Positions 50,205 to 59,324 of a stretch of DNA of 64,000 bases are shown here, one piece after another. Source of the stretch: Candidatus Obscuribacterales bacterium (lineage in GTDB: Bacteria > Cyanobacteriota > Vampirovibrionia > Obscuribacterales > Obscuribacteraceae); contig CBDDIJ010000005.1 of NCBI GenBank assembly GCA_965228855.1, positions 1,376,001 through 1,440,000 of the forward strand, given 5' to 3'. Numbering within the stretch: the stretch's first letter is position 1; each line of letters begins with the position of its first letter. A program made the translations under genes and the position numbers. The notes under the pieces are model-generated. The model saw nothing but the letters and a program-made list of their open reading frames with translations, did not search any database and was not told the origin of the DNA.

Positions 50205-52739
50205 ATGGCGGATGACAAACTCAAGGAGGAGGAACGCGTCGAACTGGTCGAGAAGCCAGATCCCGTGTCCATGCAACTGCCTTCGAACGCCGGTGAAACA
50301 TCCCCGGGTGAAGAGGAGTTGTCTTCGAGTTCCGAGGAAACGACTTCGAAGGCTGAGGAAACGTCGCAGAACCCCGATAACAAGTCTTCCAATATCGAGG
50401 TTGAGTCAGCAAATATCAGGATTGACGACGACGCAGCGATCCTCGCCGGCAAAGTTTCATTTGCACAGAAAGTTGTAGGCGACCGTTTCGAAGTTCTCGA
50501 TATCATCGGACAAGGCGGTATGGGCTCGGTCTACAAGGTTCGAGATTTAAGCACCGACCGTATCGTCGCATTGAAGTTGTTGAAACCTGAACTCTGCGAA
50601 GATAAGGCAGTGTTAAAACGTTTCCTTCAAGAAGCGGCGTCTCTGTCGGAACTCGACCACGAGAACATAGTGACTGTTTACGACCATGGTATCACCCGCG
50701 ATGGCGCACCGTTTCTCATCATGCAATATTTGGATGGTGAAACTCTCGCCGATTTGATTGCGAAAAACGGCAAGCTCAGCCCTGCGCAGGCGATCGACCT
50801 GACCCTACAAATCTGTAGCGGGCTTTATTACGCACACAAGAAAGGATTTATTCACCGAGACATCAAGCCCAGCAACATAGTGCTTCTTGGCGATGGCACA
50901 ACCCTTCAGGTAAAACTCCTCGACTTCGGAATTGCGAAAATTATCGAGACGAGATCCGCAGCAACAACCAATCTCACCCAGACCGGTGACGTGTTTGGAA
51001 CGCCCGCATACATGAGCCCGGAGCAATGCCAGGGCGGGGACATCGACAGCCGGACGGACATTTACAGTTTAGGCTGCGTCCTCTACGAGATGCTCACAGG
51101 TAAGCAGCCGTTCGCAGGCTCGAACGCAATTCAAGTCGCACTGAAACATATAAACGGAACTCCGGATAGCTTTACTCAAAAACTTCCTGATGGAGACGTT
51201 CTCCACAGCCTCGAAGAAATAGTCTTCAAATGCATGAGGAAAGATCCCAAAGAGCGTTTTGACTCAGCAATCGATGTTTCCTCGGATTTGAAAGCGGTAA
51301 GAATAGGCAAGGCGGTCGGCTACGCTGAAGCTGAGGTAGCGAAAACCGAACTCAAGGGCATCCCAAAGCCAATAATCAGAATTGGACACTTCATTGGAAA
51401 TGTTCTCTTCTACTGGACCGCTTTTGTCCTCTATGTCGTCACTCTATACGCAATTTACATCTCCGATCCCACCATTGCGTTCTATGACCGCGGCGAGGTT
51501 ACTGCTGGACTATTTGGGACTTTGATTTTCGGTCTCGCCATCCATGCTAAGGGAGCGGTTACGACAATCAAACGGTTGCATAAACGCAGAACTCTTCTTG
51601 AATGGATGATGGCACTACTGGAGGTGCTCTTATTCAGTCTCTACGCTTTGCTCGGTCTACTGATCGGACTACCGGAATCGACCATGGGAGGTGATATCCT
51701 GTCCGTAGCGATAACGGCATGCATAGTTATGACTTGGTGCCTTCTAATCTTGATCTGCCTGCTGGGTCCGGTATCAATAGCAAGAACAGTTATTCATCGA
51801 ACCATTCACTGGTGGAAGAACAGACAAATTCCTGCCAGCCCCAAATTTAAAACACCAAGAGTTCCTGTAAAGTTTGGACCCGCATTTACCAGAATCGGCG
51901 CTCTCTCCACAGCACTGATCGCCGGATTTATTGCGGTAAATCCGACTGAAACTAGTTCTCTTATGAGCACGGGTGTTTACAATCTGATTGAATTTAGCGG
52001 CTCAAACTTGGCTGTGCCGGTTCTCAATGCGGCAATTTCACTGGACTCGCGAAACGTTCATGCATATAAAGCTCTGGCCTATCGATTCGACCAGGACGGC
52101 GAGTCAGAAAAGAAATTGGAAATACTCAATCAAGGTCTCAAGATCGCACCAGGTGACCCAAAACTTTTAATCGATAGAGGTGAAACCCATCTGGCCGACG
52201 AGCAATATCCGAAAGCGGCGGCAGATTTTGAGAAGAAGGCAAACCAACACCTTGACGCACGCATGGGTCTGGGCAAGGCATATCTTGGTATGGGTGATTT
52301 TGAAAGGTCGTACAAAACATTCACGGCTGCAATCAGTGAATCGAGAAGCTCAGAAGGCTCTCTATCGGACGCCTACACGGGACGCGCGCTGGCGTCATAT
52401 GCGCTAGGGAATTACCAGGCTGCTATCGACGACCTGAGTAAGTCTATCGAGGAAGGCGATGGCTCAAACAAGCCGTTGGACTATGTTCGACGCGGGCTCG
52501 CGTATCAGGCAATTGGACAGAGAACAGCTGCTCGTAACGACTTCGAAACGGCATACCGCGGCTACAGCAGTGAATCCGATGGGGAAACGGCTCTGGCAAT
52601 AGCATTCTGCTATACCCAGATAGGTGACAAGCCAGCGGCCGAAAAGGCGATGTCTGATGCCATGGAAGAGGATATGAACAAGGATGATTTGAAGAGCATT
52701 ATCTTCCCGAACCTTCCATCCGTGAAATTCAAGTGGTAG
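50205..52739 (+). CDS. Ser/Thr kinase with a multi-TM segment and C-terminal TPRs
   Basis: GQGGMG, VALK, HRDIKPSN, DFG, GTPAYMSPEQ; about 5 TM helices; TPR-like AYTGRALASYALGNYQAAIDD. Confidence 0.9.
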   Translation: MADDKLKEEERVELVEKPDPVSMQLPSNAGETSPGEEELSSSSEETTSKAEETSQNPDNKSSNIEVESANIRIDDDAAILAGKVSFAQKVVGDRFEVLDIIGQGGMGSVYKVRDLSTDRIVALKLLKPELCEDKAVLKRFLQEAASLSELDHENIVTVYDHGITRDGAPFLIMQYLDGETLADLIAKNGKLSPAQAIDLTLQICSGLYYAHKKGFIHRDIKPSNIVLLGDGTTLQVKLLDFGIAKIIETRSAATTNLTQTGDVFGTPAYMSPEQCQGGDIDSRTDIYSLGCVLYEMLTGKQPFAGSNAIQVALKHINGTPDSFTQKLPDGDVLHSLEEIVFKCMRKDPKERFDSAIDVSSDLKAVRIGKAVGYAEAEVAKTELKGIPKPIIRIGHFIGNVLFYWTAFVLYVVTLYAIYISDPTIAFYDRGEVTAGLFGTLIFGLAIHAKGAVTTIKRLHKRRTLLEWMMALLEVLLFSLYALLGLLIGLPESTMGGDILSVAITACIVMTWCLLILICLLGPVSIARTVIHRTIHWWKNRQIPASPKFKTPRVPVKFGPAFTRIGALSTALIAGFIAVNPTETSSLMSTGVYNLIEFSGSNLAVPVLNAAISLDSRNVHAYKALAYRFDQDGESEKKLEILNQGLKIAPGDPKLLIDRGETHLADEQYPKAAADFEKKANQHLDARMGLGKAYLGMGDFERSYKTFTAAISESRSSEGSLSDAYTGRALASYALGNYQAAIDDLSKSIEEGDGSNKPLDYVRRGLAYQAIGQRTAARNDFETAYRGYSSESDGETALAIAFCYTQIGDKPAAEKAMSDAMEEDMNKDDLKSIIFPNLPSVKFKW

Positions 52740-53127
52740 GTGCTCCAGCGCTCATGGAAACCACGAAGACACAGGTTCGCGTCAAGCCAGAAACCGACTA
52801 CCGCGACTGCACTCGGTTGCAGAATCTGGCAAGCAATCCCTCAGATACGCCTCGATCACACGGGTGACACCAGAGCTGTTTGTTGAAACTCAGCGCTGGA
52901 GCGACTATCAGCGGTTTAGTCCCAAAATTCAGCTTGGAAACTATAGTAATTGATCGCGCGTATGCGGTAACATTTGGCCACTCACGCGCCCGACCTGTGG
53001 TTTCTGAGCGGCGACCGCGCCGGAAGGATACAGCACAGGTAGCGATGAACAGGCTCGGCTCACGCCGCAGTCGCGTCGCATGGCAGGCCGTGAGGGCGTT
53101 GCGGTTCATACCAAAAGGAATGAAAAA

Positions 53128-55029
53128 ATGGTTGAAGTTCAAACGGCCACCGATCAAACCGTCCAGCAGCTCGCTCAGCAGTTCCGGGTGGACAGCATCA
53201 GAGCGACTACAGAAGCTGGCTCGGGTCACCCGACATCATGCATGTCGGCAGCCGATCTCATGGCAGTCCTGCTGGCAAAATACTTGCGTTATGATTTCGA
53301 CGCACCGCAAAATCCTAACAACGATCGTCTTATTTTCTCGAAGGGTCACGCCGCTCCATTGCTCTACGCAATGTTCAAAGCCGCGGGCGCTATCACTGAT
53401 GAAGAGTTGATGACACTGCGCAAACTTGGTTCGAGACTCGAAGGTCACCCGATTCCGCAAGTGCTGCCGTGGGTCGAAGTCGCGACCGGATCGCTTGGTC
53501 AAGGACTCGCTCAGGGCGTTGGTATTGCGCTCAACGGTCACTTCCTCGACAAACTCCCTTACAGAACCTGGGTTCTGCTGGGCGATTCCGAGAGCGCAGA
53601 AGGTTCGGTTTGGGAAGCAATGGCGTGTGCTTCGCACTACAAACTCGACAACCTGACTGCGATTCTGGACATGAACCGCCTCGGTCAACGCGGCGAAACT
53701 GCGCTCGGCTGGAACAGCGAAGTGTACAAAGAACGCGCTGAGGCTTTCGGTTGGCATACAGTCGAAATCGACGGACACAACTTTGAGCAGATCGACAAGG
53801 CCTTCCAGGAAGCGATCAAAACGACCGGCAAACCCACTTTGATCATTGCCAAAACCGATAAGGGTCATGGAATTCCGTTGACTCAAAATCAGGACAACTG
53901 GCATGGCAAGCCACTCAGCAAAGAGCAGGCTGAAGACGCGATTAAAACTCTTGGCGGTCAACCCCACGTCAAAATCGATGTACAAAAACCAGCTGCCGCT
54001 CCAGCTTCGGGCAAGATGGGTGATACCAAATCCGGTAGCGGCAAGTTCGAGGTACCAACTTACAGCGGACCGGTTGCAACTCGCGAAGCCTACGGAGACG
54101 CGCTGAAGAACCTGGGTGCAGCCTACAAGAACGTCGTAGTTCTCGACGCAGAAGTTTCCAATTCTACATACGCCGAAAAATTCCACAAAGCGCATTTGGA
54201 ACGGTTCTTCGAAATGTACATCGCAGAACAACTTATGGTCGGCGTCGCCTGTGGATTGGCGACACGCGAGAAATCAGTCTTCTCGTCTACATTCGCGGCG
54301 TTCTTCACGAGAGCCTACGACTTCATTCGCATGGCAGCAGTCTCACGCGCGACGATCAAGCTGGCCGGATCACACGCCGGATGCTCGATCGGCGAAGACG
54401 GTCCATCACAAATGGCACTAGAAGATCTCGCGATGATGCGCGCGATTTGGAACAGCACAGTGCTCTATCCTTCGGATGGCGTATCGACTGCGAAACTCGT
54501 GCACGCGATGAACGACATCAAGGGCGTGAGCTATATGCGCACAACCCGCTCCAAAACCCGCATTCTGTACAAAGAAGACGAAGAGTTTCCGATCGGCGGC
54601 AGCAAGGTGCTCAAGAGTTCCGCGGAAGATCAATGCACATTGGTCGGTGCCGGCATCACTCTGCACGAATGCTTGAAAGCTTATGACGAGCTGAAATCGC
54701 AGGGTATAACAGTTCGAGTTATCGACCTGTATTCGATTAAACCAGTCGATGAGAAGACCCTGCAAAAAGCAGCGAAGGAAACCGGATTCATCGTCACTGT
54801 CGAAGATCACTGGATCGAAGGCGGTCTCGGTGACGCGGTCCTCGGTGCATTCACCGGCAAAGGCAATCCAGAGCGCGGAAGCAAACTGGAAATCCCGCAA
54901 GAGATGCCCAAGGTAGTGAAGATGGCAGTCCACGATATGCCCGGCTCCGCTACACCGGACGAACTCATGGATGCCGCTGGCATCAGCGCCGACCACATCA
55001 TCCGCACGGTCAAATCGTTGATGAAATAA
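53128..55029 (+). CDS. tkt: Transketolase
   Basis: SGHPTS, SKGHAAP, TGSLGQG, GDSE..N TPP motif, GEDGPSQM. AAGGA RBS precedes ATG53128. Confidence 0.93.
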   Translation: MVEVQTATDQTVQQLAQQFRVDSIRATTEAGSGHPTSCMSAADLMAVLLAKYLRYDFDAPQNPNNDRLIFSKGHAAPLLYAMFKAAGAITDEELMTLRKLGSRLEGHPIPQVLPWVEVATGSLGQGLAQGVGIALNGHFLDKLPYRTWVLLGDSESAEGSVWEAMACASHYKLDNLTAILDMNRLGQRGETALGWNSEVYKERAEAFGWHTVEIDGHNFEQIDKAFQEAIKTTGKPTLIIAKTDKGHGIPLTQNQDNWHGKPLSKEQAEDAIKTLGGQPHVKIDVQKPAAAPASGKMGDTKSGSGKFEVPTYSGPVATREAYGDALKNLGAAYKNVVVLDAEVSNSTYAEKFHKAHLERFFEMYIAEQLMVGVACGLATREKSVFSSTFAAFFTRAYDFIRMAAVSRATIKLAGSHAGCSIGEDGPSQMALEDLAMMRAIWNSTVLYPSDGVSTAKLVHAMNDIKGVSYMRTTRSKTRILYKEDEEFPIGGSKVLKSSAEDQCTLVGAGITLHECLKAYDELKSQGITVRVIDLYSIKPVDEKTLQKAAKETGFIVTVEDHWIEGGLGDAVLGAFTGKGNPERGSKLEIPQEMPKVVKMAVHDMPGSATPDELMDAAGISADHIIRTVKSLMK

Positions 55030-55085
55030 CATTCGGACGCTGAAGTCAGCTCAATCTGAATACAGTTCGACGAGCGGACATCCAG

Positions 55086-55126
55086 CCCGACGAGTTGAAC
55101 TCCAAACCCGATGAGTTGAACTCCAA
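55086..55126. repeat. Two 21-bp tandem units, each containing the palindrome GAGTTGAACTC
   Basis: cccga(c/t)GAGTTGAACTCcaa with palindromes at 55092 and 55113. Confidence 0.75.
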
Positions 55127-55162
55127 CCGAAGAAGCGGAACACCAAGGTCAGAAATAACTGC

Positions 55163-55198
55163 ACGCCAGCCCATCTAATGCGGCTGGCGTTTCCTTTT
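55163..55198 (+). terminator. Possible tkt terminator
   Basis: ACGCCAGCC/GGCTGGCGT followed by TTCCTTTT. Confidence 0.55.
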
Positions 55199-55294
55199 GC
55201 GCCCGCGCCATAGCTCAAGCCAAGCCTCACCTGACCCAGAGCTCGCCCCTGCCCTAGTTCAAGCCACAACTCGACCTTAGAGCTTAGTCCACAG

Positions 55295-55646
55295 AATGTG
55301 TAAAAATCCGATCCAAATTCGCCAAATTTGGCCGTCAATTCTACACATTCGACCTGTTTCGCACGGACACGCCCGACCCATAATCCATTCAAGCCCAGCG
55401 AGTCCGCACTAACTCGATTCCGCCCAGCGAGTCCGCCAATGGCTTCGCAAAATGTGTAAAAAACCGATCAGAATTCGCACAAATTGGCCGTCAATTCTAC
55501 ACATTCGACCCGTTTCGGACGGACACGCCCGACACATTCGACCCGTTTCGGACGGACACGCCCGACACATTCGACCTGTTTCGCACGGACACGCCCGACC
55601 CATTCGACCCGCTTCGGACGGACACGCCCGTGTTTCGGACGGACAG
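55295..55646. repeat. Nested repeats: duplicated ~80-bp block and a 33-bp tandem array
   Basis: ACACATTCGACC(C/T)GTTTCG(G/C)ACGGACACGCCCG at 55343, 55499, 55532, 55565 and 55598 plus a partial copy; the block starting AATGTGTAAAAA occurs at 55295 and 55451. Confidence 0.9.
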
Positions 55647-55772
55647 TCCTGTAACCGACACACCCGATCGCAAATAATCAGGCGCCCCAGCGGAGTTAAT
55701 CACTTGGGCGCCCAATTGCTCTAGTCGGGGGCAAACTTTTAAATTTTCTTGTCTTGTACCTTACCTCGCAGG

Positions 55773-56966
55773 CTATGCAGCGGCGAGAGATTTGAGATGA
55801 AGCGCTCTTTCCCACTCGGCGCAGTAGAGTTCGTAGCTGTCTTGCGCAACGGGTTTGAAAGACCCCAATACCTCTAGTGCACGTTCATAGGAAACGCTCC
55901 CGCGCTGAAGCTCTTGCAGCATCACGAGTCCGGTTCGCGACATTTCCTTGGTTATAAATCCACGCTGGATGAGGACTTCAGATACGCTAAATTCGAAGTT
56001 CTCGATCGATGCAGCGGTATCACGCATGGTGCGCTCGTCGATTACGCCGGCGGCTCTCAGAAGAGCGACAATCTGGTCGAGGACATCGAATTCAGCAAGC
56101 AATCGTTCCAGAGGTTTTTCCATCGACGCAACCAGGTTAAGGAGCCTGTAGGCGCGCGGTTTCGAGAATGTCTTCAACGCAATCATGCGTTGCATCTCGA
56201 GCGCGGCTTCCAGAACCTGTTGAGTTACCAGTTTATATTGAACTAGTAATTGTCCGAAAGCAGCATCACTCTCGGTGCCGAGTTCGCAAATGATCAACGC
56301 ATCGGCTTTCGACAAAAGACCTGACTGTACGAGGAGATCTCCCAGCCGGGGCTGACTTGATACAACCGGGCTGTTGACTCCGCATGTACGCAAAATCGCC
56401 TCGAGCGATTGATTTGATTTTTGCAGCGACTGCAGAATGCGCACAGCATCCAGAAAAGAGATGCGTTTATCGCGTAATAAAATTTGCAGATTCAAGCAAT
56501 GCGAAAGAGTCTGCTCGGTGATAAGGCGCAGTGAGACCAGGGCGCGACCGAGAGGATAACCGGTACTCTTGCTGTGCTTCACTGCACATTTCAAGCCGGC
56601 GTCGTCCACGATACCAGCTGCCATCATCAATTTTCCGAGTCGGGACAATGGTCCGACACCGCGGCCGATACCATTCAGCCTGTAGGCTTCGTCGATTGTA
56701 ACCTGATGAACGTGGGCGAAGCGAAGAAGTTCCTTCGCTACACGCACATCGATGGCGCCGTCTCTGATTGAGACCTGCGTGACAAGCGCGCAATCGACAT
56801 CAAGATCGCTTACATGGCCTGACATGACCAGGACACGACCAAGTGGCATGGACGCACGCTTGGCGATGAGCAGGCCTTGCTCCAACACCTGAGGTGAGAT
56901 GATGCCTGCTTCGAGAAATATTTCGCCGAGACGAAACAACGGAGATCTAGCCTTTTTAACAAACAT
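55773..56966 (-). CDS. Second protein of four MshEN-like units (paralog of 48980-50200)
   Basis: FRLGEIFLEAGII, SRLGKLMMAAGIV, PRLGDLLVQSGLL and a degenerate fourth unit; AGGAG RBS. Confidence 0.8.
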   Translation of the reverse strand: MFVKKARSPLFRLGEIFLEAGIISPQVLEQGLLIAKRASMPLGRVLVMSGHVSDLDVDCALVTQVSIRDGAIDVRVAKELLRFAHVHQVTIDEAYRLNGIGRGVGPLSRLGKLMMAAGIVDDAGLKCAVKHSKSTGYPLGRALVSLRLITEQTLSHCLNLQILLRDKRISFLDAVRILQSLQKSNQSLEAILRTCGVNSPVVSSQPRLGDLLVQSGLLSKADALIICELGTESDAAFGQLLVQYKLVTQQVLEAALEMQRMIALKTFSKPRAYRLLNLVASMEKPLERLLAEFDVLDQIVALLRAAGVIDERTMRDTAASIENFEFSVSEVLIQRGFITKEMSRTGLVMLQELQRGSVSYERALEVLGSFKPVAQDSYELYCAEWERALHLKSLAAA

Positions 56967-57168
56967 GAGAAGCTCCTATCGGAGAGCAGAGAGAAGCGCA
57001 CAGCAAGACATTGAGGACAGGTGCCCTCGCGCCAAACCGACGAATCTCATCGTCAAGGTAGCAATAGAATCAACAAAGCCCACGCGAAGAAAAAGAACGC
57101 GTAGCTAATGCGAATTCGGTTTTCGAACTAGTAAGTGAATTTAAAAACGGGATCACTCCCAAGCCGCA

Positions 57169-57197
57169 ATCGTAGCGCCTGCTTTTCGATATGTCAA
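57169..57197 (-). promoter_or_regulatory. Near-consensus sigma70 promoter
   Basis: Minus-strand TTGACA-N17-TACGAT, about 200 nt upstream of ATG56966. Confidence 0.65.
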
Positions 57198-57358
57198 GAG
57201 ATTTTTAATCTTCGAAAAATTCGACCCGAACCGCTCAGTCTGCAAGTCTACCGGCTCACGACATCGGCACATCTACCGAACGCGACACCTGCACGTCTAG
57301 TGGCTCGCGGTAGCGACACAGCTTATCACGCGACTTACTTAGTTACTTATTTAATTAC

Positions 57359-59044
57359 TTACTTATGCTCACGCAGCGAGAAAATCCACTGCTCGGCTCG
57401 CAGCAGCTCGACTGCGATCTCGCGAATCTTATCGGCAAACAAAAACTGTTCTTTCTGAAGGTCGTTTAACGACGCAAGTATCGCGCCGCCATCTTCATCG
57501 CGTTCAGGATACTTAAGTGGATGATTCCAGAAAGGCAATTTTCCTGGTCCAGGCTCGTCGCCGGACATGTACTTTGGATTGTACGGAATTTGCCCGTGTG
57601 CTTTATACCAGTCGTCCATAACTTTGCCGACGAGTGTGAAGGTCGACTCCACGTAACGACTTCCAGCTTCAGACAACGTACAAACATCAGCGGCATAAAG
57701 CTCAGGATATTTCTCTTTGGCGCGTGCTACGGCTTGTTCAATAGCGTCGTGCCCGGACAGAGACGCACTATGGCGAGGACCGACCACAACTCCGGCAAAC
57801 AGCTCAGTCATGATGGCAGATACCCGTTCGACAGCGGTCTTCGTGCGGCGAAGCCCTCTGAGAGCCAATCCTTGAACTTCAGGTCGAATCACTCGGAAGG
57901 AATCTGAAAAACTTTGCACTGCAGATTCGAGCGAATGGTGAATGGTATCGTCTTCGAAGATTGACTCGGTATCCGGTCCGCGAAGCATTGCGATTTTCGC
58001 AAAACCTTCAGGATGATTGTAGTTAATAGAATGGTCGCCCGCGATCACGGCGTGCCCGATCTTAGAGCCAGGGTCGCTTGGGTGCGGAACGTGCCAGTTT
58101 TCAATTCCTATTGTGTCCAACAGTTCGCGCTCTTCGTTGGAAAAATCGATCAAACGCAAATCATCAGAAACATGATTCTGGTTGAACGGATCTTTGATTT
58201 TTTCGAAGATGCTATAAATCGTTTTCACACCTGTGCCACTACCAGTAGGGGCATTCGGATTAAACTTCCCGAGCTTATGTTTGTTATGAAGCATGATAGC
58301 CACAATAGTCGCCATGAAAGTAGGCGGCGCGATCTGGTGCTCCAGACTTGCGCGAGAAACACGTTCCATACTCTTACGGTCAGCCGGTTTGGAAGCATCG
58401 AGGAAGTAGGAAAGCGCTTGCACGGCGGCTTGAGCACCGTGCACATTATGAATGATGAAGTTGCGGCGGCTCTTGATCGCATCTGAAAATATGGAAGCTA
58501 GCAGTGCGTCTCGCGTTTCCTTCGGATTGAGATTCAGCAATCTGGCAGCGTCGTAGACTTGATCGACTTCCGCGCGTGTGTGTTTCCAATTCATGTTCCA
58601 CTGGTAGCCGGTGCGATCGCCACCTTCACCAAACTCGAGCTGCCAGAACATATTGCGCACAATCGCCATGCAGTTCCAGATGAGCTCTTTGTCAGACCGA
58701 CTCAGAAAGCTGTCCGAGCTGAGCTTTTCAAAAACATTCGTGACCTCACCACTTTTGGTGACGACCGGCACATGCTCCAAATCTTCACGCAAGTCGAGCC
58801 GCAGTTTTTCCAGATTCCCAGGCGGGGGCATCTGGTCTTCCCATCGGAAATTATCGGTAGCTGCTCGCAAGAAGGCATCTTTGTCGCTCTGCACCGAGAG
58901 CGTTTGCTTGAAGGAAGCCACGGCGTCACTCACAGATTCGGCGCTTGAAACACCAACGCCAGAACGCCCGCCGCTGACGCGAGTCTCGGCAAGGCTTTCA
59001 GAAATAGTTTCCTGCTTCTTTTTCGTCTTTTTGTCGCTGGTCAT
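57359..59044 (-). CDS. Hypothetical protein with a divergent HD-like core
   Basis: KHT...ASIFSD...HNVHGA...EH...GD spacing. Start is ATG59044 or 59083. Confidence 0.65.
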   Translation of the reverse strand: MTSDKKTKKKQETISESLAETRVSGGRSGVGVSSAESVSDAVASFKQTLSVQSDKDAFLRAATDNFRWEDQMPPPGNLEKLRLDLREDLEHVPVVTKSGEVTNVFEKLSSDSFLSRSDKELIWNCMAIVRNMFWQLEFGEGGDRTGYQWNMNWKHTRAEVDQVYDAARLLNLNPKETRDALLASIFSDAIKSRRNFIIHNVHGAQAAVQALSYFLDASKPADRKSMERVSRASLEHQIAPPTFMATIVAIMLHNKHKLGKFNPNAPTGSGTGVKTIYSIFEKIKDPFNQNHVSDDLRLIDFSNEERELLDTIGIENWHVPHPSDPGSKIGHAVIAGDHSINYNHPEGFAKIAMLRGPDTESIFEDDTIHHSLESAVQSFSDSFRVIRPEVQGLALRGLRRTKTAVERVSAIMTELFAGVVVGPRHSASLSGHDAIEQAVARAKEKYPELYAADVCTLSEAGSRYVESTFTLVGKVMDDWYKAHGQIPYNPKYMSGDEPGPGKLPFWNHPLKYPERDEDGGAILASLNDLQKEQFLFADKIREIAVELLRAEQWIFSLREHK

Positions 59045-59324
59045 AGGCGCTTCGCTGCTATTCGCGCACCACGGGAAACGCATGCAGGCATGAGTTTCGT
59101 TCTCGCCTGAATATTCCCCGAATCGCCCCTATTAAATCACGAGGACGAGCCGCTTGCGCCCCATCGGTCGATAATCGATCAGTTTGAAACATAGCAGGAA
59201 GTTACAGTTCAAACCCAACGCCGGCCTGGGTTTAGGCTTAAGTGAAACCGAACAAAGGCGTGTCAAGAGCCGACCCTATATAATGCCAAACGAAAAATCC
59301 AACTTTCGAGGGTTGTCAATCGAT

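Noticed and set aside
48740..52739. Genomic island integrated at tRNA-Glu
   Set aside because: No integrase and no duplicated tRNA 3' end were seen, and the native terminator directly follows the tRNA.
53010..53040. CCGGAAGG..CAGC as SRP RNA, or the tkt leader as a TPP riboswitch
   Set aside because: It lacks the CAGG/AGCA internal loop of SRP helix 8 and the CTGAGA...ACCTGA TPP core.
55343..55646. 33-bp repeats as a CRISPR array
   Set aside because: The units are contiguous with no unique spacers, and there are no cas genes in the window.
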